NCBI GenBank assembly: GCA_001275005.1 | Contig: JWZX01002730.1 | Span: 1 to 37,085, forward strand | Origin: Chrysochromulina tobinii | Taxonomy: Eukaryota | Length of the DNA stretch: 37,085 nucleotides | Reading direction: 5' to 3' | Shown here: in pieces, positions 11,536-20,776 of the stretch | How the letters are laid out: each line of letters opens with the position of its first letter | Numbering within the stretch: position 1 is the stretch's first letter | Translations under genes and position numbers: made by a program | The notes under the pieces: generated by a model | Database searches by the model: none | What the model was told of the DNA's origin: nothing | What the model saw: only the letters and a program-made list of their open reading frames with translations

Positions 11536-12264
11536 ATGCTGTGTGCCATCCTCGCCGCCCTTGCGCTACACGCGCGTCTCGGCGGTTGGCCGTGCAAAAT
11601 TTCTATATTTGCGGCACGCCTGCGCCGGCCACCGAGTGCTGTCGATGACGGTACCTTACCCTTCGGTTTCGGCTTCGGCGACTTGGACGATGCCACCAGG
11701 GAGGCCATTGAGCGTGCCCTCGAGGCAAAGGATCAAGCAGCAGCTGCCGCCAAGGCGGCAGAGATCGAGGGAGCGTGGAAGCGATTGCGCGCAAAACTTC
11801 CAGAGTCGGCACCGCCGCAGTTTTCCTTGCCCGACGATGCGACCGCGTCCATGGATGAGCTCAAGACTGCGCTCGCAACATCGCTGGACGACCTGCCAAA
11901 GATTCTCAAATTGGCCGCTGCGCATGCGCTCGTCGGAAATCGCGACGCGCTGACCGCGCTCGCGAGCACTGCAAAAAACCTTCGCCTCGAGGACGAAGAC
12001 CTTCCGTGCATCGACATGGCCATCCGTGAGGGCACTCGACGTCTCCTTGGGCTGCCCGAGGCCGTCGACGGCTCAGACGACTACGCCGAGTCGCCTGGCG
12101 ACGCAGCGATCGTGGCGCGAGTGGCCAAGTTCATCGCGCGGCGCGTGTGCGTCCCTCACGACCTTGAGGACCCAGAGGTCGCCAAAGCATTGCGCTGTGC
12201 CCTCCTGAGGCTCGCTAAGGAGGCGGAGGCGTACGCGTGGACGGCGAGCGGCGGGCTCTTGTAA
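11536..12264 (+). CDS. Hypothetical protein with signal/bipartite targeting peptide; C-terminal helical domain resembles the C-terminal extension of cyanobacterial/algal GST-family proteins
   Basis: 242-aa ATG ORF with hydrophobic N-terminus MLCAILAALALHA followed by an R-rich stretch. FIARRVCVPHDLEDPEVAKALRCAL resembles the 'RDRxxVPRDM..AA..LR' motif (recalled, not searched). Confidence 0.7.
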   Translation: MLCAILAALALHARLGGWPCKISIFAARLRRPPSAVDDGTLPFGFGFGDLDDATREAIERALEAKDQAAAAAKAAEIEGAWKRLRAKLPESAPPQFSLPDDATASMDELKTALATSLDDLPKILKLAAAHALVGNRDALTALASTAKNLRLEDEDLPCIDMAIREGTRRLLGLPEAVDGSDDYAESPGDAAIVARVAKFIARRVCVPHDLEDPEVAKALRCALLRLAKEAEAYAWTASGGLL

Positions 12265-12594
12265 TAATACAGTACAATACAATATTGAATATACAAAACG
12301 AGCGCTTGGAAGTGTGAGTGAGTGACAGCTTAGTGGACCGGCTACATTGACCGAATGACGCGAGTTTTTCAGTTTTGAGTTGACCCCAACGCATTTGCAC
12401 ACGGTAAGTGGTTTGAGCTCTTAGGTACCAATTGTGCAGGTCCAGCCTTCCCCGGTGTTTTGACTCAAAAAAAGCAAATTTGGTCATCAGCTCTTCTTTC
12501 AGTTCCGTCAATTGAGCAGTTCATAATAATTTCCCGTAGGTCAGTGCACATTTCATCCGTCGCTTTGCCTGCTTTTTCGACCGACGGACCTTGG

Positions 12595-13767
12595 ATGCCA
12601 GTCCACTTCGATTTATCAGAAATCGGGTCGGCGCCCGTACGCGAGCGTCGCCCGGGCGAGGAGACGCATGCGACTGCCACTTTGCTGCACCGCGAGCAGG
12701 ACAAGGCTGAGGAGGCTCAGATGAAGCTCAAGATCATGGAGCAGGTGCACACGCCCATTAAGCCGACGCTCTTTGAGGAGCTTGGGCAGCTGTATCACAG
12801 CATCGTTGATCATCACAACATCGTTGATAATCACAGCGTCATTGATGCCTCGTCTGAGCATGGGAGCCACCGCCGCCTTTTCCACGACGCGGAGCCGCAG
12901 CCGCCCATGCACACCACCGAGGACGAGGCGCCCGCCTCCGCTGCCGCTCAGGAGCCGCCGCCGAGGAAGTCGAAGCTTGCACTCAACATGGCTCAGACAT
13001 CGCCGACGCCGCCGGTGACGGACGACGTCGACGGCCAGACGGACATCGAGACCAGCCGAAGCATTACGGGCGGTCAGTTGATGAACATGGTGGTGGGACT
13101 CTCTTATCGCATCTTCGGGCCCGACCCGACGAGCGCCCCCGCGCCCCCGCCCGCTCGCGAGGGCGTGGCGCCCGCGATAGCTGCCGGTGGCAGCATCGAT
13201 GGAGAGGACGAAGAGGATCCTCCTGGTGATGCACCGTCCGCCGCCACGGAAGGAGCTACGGACTTCACGACTACCGCAGCCTCTACGTACTTCCACACGA
13301 CCGCGGCAACGGAGGCAGCTGCGGAGGCGGTGAGGGCTCGTATCGCAGAACGCCAACGGCGACGAGCTGCATCCAACAACGGTCACGCCGTCGACAATGC
13401 GCACGAGGCCAGTGCCATGCCCGAGGCGCTCGACAAGGCGCTCGTCATGCCGGCGCCCTACGGAGAGCAGACGTTTGTGTTCTACGACTGCACACCTCTG
13501 GGGCTGCAGATGAGCAAGCGGGAGCATAAGTCCAAAGCCGATACGCATGCGCTCATCATTGATGGCGTGCTGCCGGGCTCGCAGGCGGAGATGCTCAGTG
13601 TGCCGTTGGGCGCCGCGGTCACGGGTATCAACGGGCGCGCCCTCAAGGCGGACGAGCTCTGGGAGATGCTCAAGTGGCTTGCGGTGCCCGACACAGCCAA
13701 TCGGCCGCTGCACCTGACGGTGTACGTGGAGCCGCCACCAAGGAGGCGAGGGTTCCACATCTTGTGA
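12595..13767 (+). CDS. PDZ-domain-containing protein (C-terminal PDZ, disordered N-terminal part)
   Basis: First in-frame ATG at 12595. C-terminal FYDCTPLGLQM...IIDGVLPGSQAEMLSVPLGAAVTGINGR...RPLHLTV fits the PDZ pattern. Confidence 0.8.
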   Translation: MPVHFDLSEIGSAPVRERRPGEETHATATLLHREQDKAEEAQMKLKIMEQVHTPIKPTLFEELGQLYHSIVDHHNIVDNHSVIDASSEHGSHRRLFHDAEPQPPMHTTEDEAPASAAAQEPPPRKSKLALNMAQTSPTPPVTDDVDGQTDIETSRSITGGQLMNMVVGLSYRIFGPDPTSAPAPPPAREGVAPAIAAGGSIDGEDEEDPPGDAPSAATEGATDFTTTAASTYFHTTAATEAAAEAVRARIAERQRRRAASNNGHAVDNAHEASAMPEALDKALVMPAPYGEQTFVFYDCTPLGLQMSKREHKSKADTHALIIDGVLPGSQAEMLSVPLGAAVTGINGRALKADELWEMLKWLAVPDTANRPLHLTVYVEPPPRRRGFHIL

Positions 13768-14837
13768 GTTCACACGCACACACACACTCATGCACCATGC
13801 ACGGGGAACACAATGATTCGGAACGCACACCTCACCTATCGTCAGTGCTCCTAGCGCTTTTCATCTCATCACATTGGGCTGAGCGTGATGCCATAGCCCA
13901 TCAGCTCTGTGGAATCTATAATGTGTGTAGAGTCTTAGGAGCTCCATAAGATATAGCTCCGAAGGATAATAATCGTAGACCCCCCAACGCGCAACGGACC
14001 GAAAACCGGGACCGTACGGCGTAGCGCCGCCGCGGGGACGCGCGCGCGGCCGCCGGAACGCACGCTCGATACCGCACGAATTATTCGACGACGATACCTC
14101 ACACCGCGGTGACAATTTCGGAAATTGAATTTGACATTCCCACATCGCTTCATCGGTGCACATACCGGTCGCTCCCTGGCCGCTCGACTCCGGTCTCCGC
14201 GCGACCACGCTCGGCCCGCTGTGGGCCGCTGGGCCGCTCGAGAGCGGAGCGCCCTGTTCCGTCCCCGCACCGCCTCAAGCGCCGCCCCGCGCCCCGGACG
14301 TCCACCGCGACTGAAGAGCTTTTTGAGACCGAGACACCTGCAGCGACGCACCGGCGGCGGTACTAGGCCGGTACCCGGTACGCGGTAGCCGCGCACGGTA
14401 TCGCGGCAGCGTCCAGGCTAAACGGCACCAAACCGGCCGAACTGACACGTCCGTGACGCTCGCGCTCTTGCGTCGATAATTATTAACCTGTAGCTGACGA
14501 ACCAACCCTGCACACGACGCGACGACTGACGGAGAGAGACCCATAGACCGGACCTCGGTCCGGAGCACCGACCCGCTCGCCGTGTCGCCGACGGCCCGGA
14601 CACCCCACTCCCCAGGCATCGCTAGCCTCATCCCGTCCGTCTCCGACCTCGGGGGTCCTGCCAATGTGTAGGTAGCTTGGTCAGTTATCTCGCTCTCTCC
14701 CGTCTCACCTGGCCCTCCACACCTGGGAGGTCGTAAACACATAAGTCATAACAAATAACACCCGAGTGAGCAGTGTCTTCGGCATCTCAGCTACAAGCAG
14801 CCAGCATGTCGGGCAGATTGAGAGACCAGATCGTGAG

Positions 14838-17800
14838 CTACAACTCATCTGCGGGGGACGGCACGAGCACCCATTCGCCAACCGAGGGCGAGGGGGGACT
14901 CACCCCGATCGACCCAAAGGAATATGCTTCTTCTGGCGAGCCGACTAGGAGAGGCGGCGGCGGGGCTGGGGCTGGGCCAAACACTGACGAAGCTTCCGAA
15001 GCGGGAGCCAAAGGGGATACGGTGGCCGGTGATGGTGCGGGTGCTAGTGCCGTCGCCGTCGCCGTGCCTCCAAAACTGAACCCGGCAGCAGGCGCGGCAG
15101 CGGGCGCGGCGCCGAACGGAGTCGCTCCCCCCGGGGTGCTGAAGGCGGGCTTAGGGGCGAAGAGTGAAGGCACTGCCCCCGACGAAGAGGGCGCACCGAA
15201 TGCCGGCGGCGTGGGCGCACCGAATGCCGGCGGCGTGGGCACACCGAATGCCGGCGGTGTGGGCGCACCGAATGCCGGCGGCGTGGGCGCACCGAATACC
15301 GGCGTTGTGGGCGCACCGAATGCCGGCTTAGCGACCGCTACGAACGCACCTCCAGCTGGAGAACCTAAGGCCGACGGCGTCGCGCCAAGTCCACCTCCAG
15401 CGGGAGCACCGAAGGCACTGGGAGCGCCCGCCGCGGGCGCACCGAAGCTACCGAACGCGGCTGGGGACTCCAGGGCTCGGATCACTTCGTCAAAACGCGC
15501 GTTACCGCCCGTTTTTGCTTGGCCAAGTTTTGCCGCCTGCAGTGCGTTATGGCCTTTCTTCGTCACCGCTGTCTTGTCGGCGCCGGCTTCAAGGAGGAAA
15601 CGGACCATCTCGCCGTGCCCGATGGCGGCAGCCCAGACGAGCGCCGTGATCCCCTTTTCATCAGCCATGTTGACTAGGTTTGAGCTTTCACATCGGCCAG
15701 CTTTCACATCGGCCAGCAGAGCTTTCACATCGGTTGACAGCAGTTTCACATAGGCGAGCAGAGCTTTCACATCGGCCAGCTTGTTCTCCTTCACGGCCGT
15801 GTGTAGCTGTTCCAATTGCTGTTCCAATTCGGCGGCTGCCGAAGGGACTGCCGCCGATGGAGCGCCTAAGGTGGCGGCGGCGGCGCGGAGAGCGACAATC
15901 GAGGGCATCAACGCCATCTTCTCCGCGCTAGGCGCGAAGCAGCCGTTACCAAATGGCACGCAGCTGTCCCTGCCCCAGCCTGTTGGAGGCGGCTTGTCGT
16001 CGGCCGAGGCGGCGACCGAATACAGCATTCTTGGTGGCTGGCTCGGGACGCTCTCGATCATCCACCACTTGCCATCGTCTCGCGCGATCGTATGGAACAC
16101 TTGTCCATAGCCAAACTCTCGGCTCGCAATCTTGATGTAGCAAGGCGCCCCATCTTTGAGCCCTGCGGCAACGTCCACCTTGTAGTCGCCATTGACGACG
16201 TCATAAGCACCGGCGCCCTCCACCCGAAATAATGCGTCGGCGGAGCCAAACGTGCCGCCAGCGGGCGCTGGTACGGCGGCAGGCATGCCCAAAATGCCGC
16301 CAGCGGGCGCGGCCATGGGTTGACTAAAGGCGGGGTTGGGGGTCTGACTAAAGGCGGGCGCCGCGCCGAAGCCAAAGCCGCTGGTGGCTGGCGCCGGCGA
16401 CGCGGCGCCGAAGCCAAAGCCGCTGGTGACTGGCGCCGGCGACGCGGCGCCAAAGGCCCCTGCCGGGGGAGGAGAGCCAAACAACGACGAAGCTGGCGGA
16501 GCGGGCGCAAAGGGCGAGGTGGTAGCCGATGATGGGGAGCCAAAAGACGGGCGCACGCCGCCGCCAAACAGGGCGCCGCCCGCAGGCCTTGCCGAGATCT
16601 CGCATCCCTGGGTGCAGTACTGTGGATTCGGGCTCTCTGGGTAATCACTCAGGTCAGCCGAGGTACCTTCGCGCCAGGTGCGGGTGATCCGATTCCGCAC
16701 ACCATAGCTCCCGAAGCAACTGGTAAAGCGCCCCTTGCAGAAGATGCACACGTGTGGGCCTTCCTGCGGCTGGCGACGGGCAGCGCAGTGAGGCCCACCG
16801 TCATTGACGGTGCCCGACGTGGGCGTGCCGCCGCCAAACAGGCCGCCGGCCGGTGCGGGCGCTGCGCCGCCGAACAGGCCGCCGGCCGGCGCAGGGGCTG
16901 CGCGGCCGAATAGGCCCGCGCCCGCGGCGCCGCCGAGACCTGCGCCGAATGGACCCGCTGCCGGCGCTGCCGGGGCGCCAAAAGCGTTCTTTGGCGCAGC
17001 TGCGAAGGGAGTTGGCGCTTGTCCGAAGGGAGTTGGCGCTTGTCCGAAGGGAGTTGGCGCTTGTCCGAAGGGAGTTGGCGCTTGTCCGAAGGCAGTTGGC
17101 GCAGCTCCGAAGGGAGTTGGCGCTGGTGCTCCGAACGGATTGGGGGCGGCGGCGGGCGCAGCCCTCCCGCCGATTGGCGAGGGCACAGCACCAAAAGGCG
17201 CAGGAGGAGGAGCGGCGGACGACGCCCCCGGAGCAAACGGGTTGACTGGGGCACCAAGACCAGCGGCAGGAGCGCCAAACGGCAGCGGCGGCGGGGTACC
17301 CTCGAGCAGACGCACGGTGCTCCGTGCGACACGCGAATGGGTGCCGACTCCCGGGACGTTGACGTCGACGCTCCCATCCGCGTGCAGCATCGCCACGGTG
17401 CAGCCCCGGAAGCTGCCGTAGTTCACCTTCGAACCGACCGCGAAATCGGACGCGCCGCCGCCACCGAACAGGCCGCCCGCCGCGGGTTTGGATGCACTGA
17501 AGTTGATCCCGCCGCCTTTCTTCAAATCGCCACGTTTGTACCAGTGGTGATTGCCAGTGAGATGTGCGCGTGTCCCAACAGGGAACTCGATCAAATAGCC
17601 GAACGTGGGGTGGGCATGCCAGATCTTGCCGACATCCCCGGGCTTCAGGGGCCCGCCTGTGGCGCCGCCTGAAAGCATGACAAGGTCGCCGACATTGAGC
17701 GGCGACTGGTCAGACACCTCGAGAGGAATGAGTAGACCTGCCGTGCAGTATGCTCTGGTGGACGCCTTACCAGGCATCTCACGTTGAATCTCCACCATGT

Positions 17801-18896
17801 GATCCGCCCGCCCGCCGATATTCTTTATTCTTACCGTCTCGCCTGCGACGATGCCTGAGCCCAACTCCACCTCGGGCATAGACGTCATGCGGCAGAGCAT
17901 GCCCTGCGCCAGCGCTGGCGGCGGCGCACCGGCGTCTGGGCTCGCCTCCAGGGTGAGGCTCGAATAGTCGCGAGCGCTTTCACTCATTTGGCGCTTGCTA
18001 GCGTCCCAGCTGCCCAGAGGCACCCGTGTGCAATCGCCCGACTGTGAAAAGTTCCAGCCCGTCTCTACTGCGCCATTGCCTGTAAAGCAAATCTTCCAGT
18101 ACGTGCCGTCATAGTAGATGGCTCCGGTGCCGCCCTCGCGCGTGTAGCATGGCCCTCCATTACGCAGTTGGCCTGGGATGAGATTGTACGTGCCGGAACA
18201 ATCAATCCCTCTCTCGCCCGATACAACACGGATGCGCGCCGGGGGGCCAAGAGGCTCGGGCGGCGGCAAGAGAAGCCTGGCCATCGAGAACTTGTCGATG
18301 CTCTCCTTGAGCCACCAGTGTCCGTAGCTCATGCCCTCCTCCGCGCCGAGCTCAGTGCTGAGCGTCTGTTTGATGCCCTTGATGGTGACCGTCTCTAGGT
18401 CGGCGGTCTCGAGGTACACAGCCAGGAAGTTCATGATCAACTCGAGCGTCGGCTGCACCGTCGGCTCCGACGAGGGTTCTGGGGCGGCAGCAATCTCGGC
18501 CAGGGCCTTTTCGATCGCATGGTCCTCGAGGAGAGCGACGACTTCATGAAAGTGTGAAAGCATTTGGGCGTCGCTCTTCTCTGCGTCCTTGTCTGGCGGC
18601 TGCTCGAGATGCGATAGCTTGCGGCCCTCGGCCCAAGCTGCGCGCCGCTCCTCGACAATGTGCAGTGCAGTCCGCCCTTTTGCCGTCGTGAGGTGCAATT
18701 CTGCGCCCGCCTTCAGCAAGAGCGTCACGCATTCAACCTGTGCCGTTGCGGCAGCAAGCATGAGAGCCGTCACGCCCTTTTCAGTGGCGCAGTTGACGTC
18801 GGCCACCGTATTAATAGCTGACTCGAGCGCCACCTTGTCGCCGGCACGTGCCGCGAACCACAGAGCCGGAGCGGCGGCATTGTCCACGGGAGGCAT
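14838..18896 (-). CDS. Multidomain protein: ankyrin repeats, DEK-C-like domain, SH3/KOW-like barrels, FG/GLFG-rich low-complexity regions, second ankyrin module
   Basis: 1352-aa ORF. ANK motifs: KGVTALMLAAATAQVECVTLLLKAGA and KGITALVWAAAIGHGEMVRFLLEAGAD. DEK-C-like: YLETADLETVTIKGIKQTLSTELG. Barrel starts: LNVGDLVML and FAVGSKVNY. Many GLFG, PFG and PAFG motifs. Confidence 0.85.
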   Translation of the reverse strand: MPPVDNAAAPALWFAARAGDKVALESAINTVADVNCATEKGVTALMLAAATAQVECVTLLLKAGAELHLTTAKGRTALHIVEERRAAWAEGRKLSHLEQPPDKDAEKSDAQMLSHFHEVVALLEDHAIEKALAEIAAAPEPSSEPTVQPTLELIMNFLAVYLETADLETVTIKGIKQTLSTELGAEEGMSYGHWWLKESIDKFSMARLLLPPPEPLGPPARIRVVSGERGIDCSGTYNLIPGQLRNGGPCYTREGGTGAIYYDGTYWKICFTGNGAVETGWNFSQSGDCTRVPLGSWDASKRQMSESARDYSSLTLEASPDAGAPPPALAQGMLCRMTSMPEVELGSGIVAGETVRIKNIGGRADHMVEIQREMPGKASTRAYCTAGLLIPLEVSDQSPLNVGDLVMLSGGATGGPLKPGDVGKIWHAHPTFGYLIEFPVGTRAHLTGNHHWYKRGDLKKGGGINFSASKPAAGGLFGGGGASDFAVGSKVNYGSFRGCTVAMLHADGSVDVNVPGVGTHSRVARSTVRLLEGTPPPLPFGAPAAGLGAPVNPFAPGASSAAPPPAPFGAVPSPIGGRAAPAAAPNPFGAPAPTPFGAAPTAFGQAPTPFGQAPTPFGQAPTPFGQAPTPFAAAPKNAFGAPAAPAAGPFGAGLGGAAGAGLFGRAAPAPAGGLFGGAAPAPAGGLFGGGTPTSGTVNDGGPHCAARRQPQEGPHVCIFCKGRFTSCFGSYGVRNRITRTWREGTSADLSDYPESPNPQYCTQGCEISARPAGGALFGGGVRPSFGSPSSATTSPFAPAPPASSLFGSPPPAGAFGAASPAPVTSGFGFGAASPAPATSGFGFGAAPAFSQTPNPAFSQPMAAPAGGILGMPAAVPAPAGGTFGSADALFRVEGAGAYDVVNGDYKVDVAAGLKDGAPCYIKIASREFGYGQVFHTIARDDGKWWMIESVPSQPPRMLYSVAASADDKPPPTGWGRDSCVPFGNGCFAPSAEKMALMPSIVALRAAAATLGAPSAAVPSAAAELEQQLEQLHTAVKENKLADVKALLAYVKLLSTDVKALLADVKAGRCESSNLVNMADEKGITALVWAAAIGHGEMVRFLLEAGADKTAVTKKGHNALQAAKLGQAKTGGNARFDEVIRALESPAAFGSFGAPAAGAPSAFGAPAGGGLGATPSALGSPAGGAFVAVAKPAFGAPTTPVFGAPTPPAFGAPTPPAFGVPTPPAFGAPTPPAFGAPSSSGAVPSLFAPKPAFSTPGGATPFGAAPAAAPAAGFSFGGTATATALAPAPSPATVSPLAPASEASSVFGPAPAPPPPLLVGSPEEAYSFGSIGVSPPSPSVGEWVLVPSPADEL
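15189..15328 (-). repeat. 24-bp coding tandem repeat (P[AV]FG[AV]PT[PT], 5-6 copies)
   Basis: gggcgcaccgaatgccggcggcgt units on the + strand. Confidence 0.9.
17003..17135 (-). repeat. 21-bp coding tandem repeat (PFGQAPT, 4 copies plus degenerate ones)
   Basis: ccgaagggagttggcgcttgt units on the + strand. Confidence 0.9.
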
Positions 18897-19102
18897 GTGG
18901 TTACAAGCGTGTGGTGACTGTGTGAACTTGTGCGACGGTTTCGGTGAGTGTGAACGTTAACACGACAGACGCGACAACCGGTGCTTCGGGAGTATGTGAA
19001 GGTTTCGAATTGTAACGAACCAGCTGTGAAATTACATGTACATTCACACCCCGGTAGGCGGTTAATGCCAAAAACTGGCGTCTACACAGTAGTAGGGACC
19101 TT

Positions 19103-20470
19103 TCAGGCTTTCGCCTTCAACCGAACGCCCAAGTCGTACCAGGATTGCACCTCGTCCATCGAGGGTGTGGACAACCGGACGCCTGAGTCATACCAAGATC
19201 GCACCTCGTCTGGACGGGGTGCGGGAGGGGCGGCGGCAGCGGCAACGGCGGCAGCGGCGGCTGCTGCGTCTGCGGCGGCGGCTGCGGCGGCGGCGGTAGC
19301 CTTGGCTCTCTGGATGGCTTCGATGGCCTGCGCCGTCCACGCCTGCGCACCGCTCGCCCTGCCCGCCTCGTCGCTCGCCCCAAAGCGGCGGCGCACGAAG
19401 CCCCCAATCTCGATTGCGAGCTCTGATGGCGACTCATACACGAGCACGTTCCAGCCGGGCAGCATCGCTGTCTCGACGGTGCCTGCCGCGGCGGCCGCGG
19501 GCATGGCGCCCACAAAGTCGCGCAGCTTGGCGGCCGGGTCAGTGCCCAGGTCGCGCGCCACCTGCGCAAACCGGCCGCCACGCCCCTCCTTTCGCCACAC
19601 GCTGAACCACGAGAGCAATCCCTTGTACGACGTCTTGTCGACCTCGGATGGGGCCGAGGGCGCGTTGCCCACGCCCTCGCCCGCGCCAATGTCGCGCCCC
19701 GACACGATGAGCGTTGGGAGCGTCAGCCTGCCGAGCAGCGGCGTGTAGTTCTTCCGCCAGGTGCCCGCAACGAAAGAGAAGACCGCATGGCGTGAAGAGG
19801 CATCCTTCGCGCCTGCGACGCATATGTCGAGGTATTCGTCGTCGACCTTGCTCGGGTCCGCGAAGAGGTTCTTCTTGGAGAACGAGGCGAGGAAGGCGCG
19901 CCGGCGCGCGAAACGAAAGAGCGCGGCGCCAATCGGAGAGCCCACGAGCCTCCACACCTTTTGGACCTTTTCGGGCGGCTTGTCGATGGAGAGCGCCTCG
20001 ACGGCGGGTGGGCCGACGAGCACGATGCCGCGGACCAGGCCACTCGCGCCGCTCAGTTCGGCCGCCTCGAGCGCGACAGCGCATAAGTTTGACTGGCCGA
20101 CGATGATGCAGGGCTCACCAACGTGCTCACGAACGTACGACAGCGTCTGCTCCGCCCATTCCGTCGGCGTGCGGGGCGGCTCGCTCCAGCCGCCAAATGG
20201 ACGCTTCATCTTGGGCTTCGGAGACGAGTCGCCCACGCCGACGACGTCGATCACGTGCAGCGCCGGCCCGGGCGCGAGCGTCGACCATGCCTCCACAAAG
20301 GGCTTGCAAAACGTGCGATCGATGCCGACCCCAATCGGCGGCAGCAGCACGAGTGGCGGCTGAGAAGCATCAGAGGCCGGCACGACGGTGGCACTATAAG
20401 TAATGCCGCGAAAGGTCGCCTTGGTGCTGAGAGTGAGGGCGGTTGTGGCGAGCCAGCAGAGGAGGAGCAT
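19103..20470 (-). CDS. Alpha/beta-hydrolase-fold protein with signal peptide and duplicated C-terminal SWYDxGVRL motif
   Basis: ATG at 20470, MLLLCWLATTALTL. Fold motifs: PPLVLLPPIGVG, HVIDVVGVGDS, EPCIIVGQSNL, VRGIVLVGPP, LPTLIVSGRD, PGWNVLVYESP. Confidence 0.85.
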   Translation of the reverse strand: MLLLCWLATTALTLSTKATFRGITYSATVVPASDASQPPLVLLPPIGVGIDRTFCKPFVEAWSTLAPGPALHVIDVVGVGDSSPKPKMKRPFGGWSEPPRTPTEWAEQTLSYVREHVGEPCIIVGQSNLCAVALEAAELSGASGLVRGIVLVGPPAVEALSIDKPPEKVQKVWRLVGSPIGAALFRFARRRAFLASFSKKNLFADPSKVDDEYLDICVAGAKDASSRHAVFSFVAGTWRKNYTPLLGRLTLPTLIVSGRDIGAGEGVGNAPSAPSEVDKTSYKGLLSWFSVWRKEGRGGRFAQVARDLGTDPAAKLRDFVGAMPAAAAAGTVETAMLPGWNVLVYESPSELAIEIGGFVRRRFGASDEAGRASGAQAWTAQAIEAIQRAKATAAAAAAAADAAAAAAAVAAAAAPPAPRPDEVRSWYDSGVRLSTPSMDEVQSWYDLGVRLKAKA

Positions 20471-20776
20471 GTCGGTCAAGTCCAGTTAAAAATTACAAGA
20501 CGTCATCAGGCCCCAATCACATTTAGTCAGTCAATCAGTTTCGTCGCGGACCCCCGCATCACATTCGTGCGGGTTCGATCGATTCATGTGCGTCAAGATC
20601 GATCCTGGGTTCTTCTGTGTTCTGTCGCTCGGCCCCGCACGCACGCGAAATCCATCCACACGACCATACCGCATACCCCCCTCGTGGCCTCGAAATGCTC
20701 CGCTATGCTCTGCTATGCTACGCCCGCACCCGCAGTGTATGCTCGTTCCGTTGGCCCTGCAGTCCGGCGCGGACGC

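Noticed and set aside
14838..18896. Assignment as Nup98 or another known nucleoporin
   Set aside because: No GLEBS, autoproteolytic or other nucleoporin structural domain recognised; ANK, DEK-C and SH3-like modules do not fit
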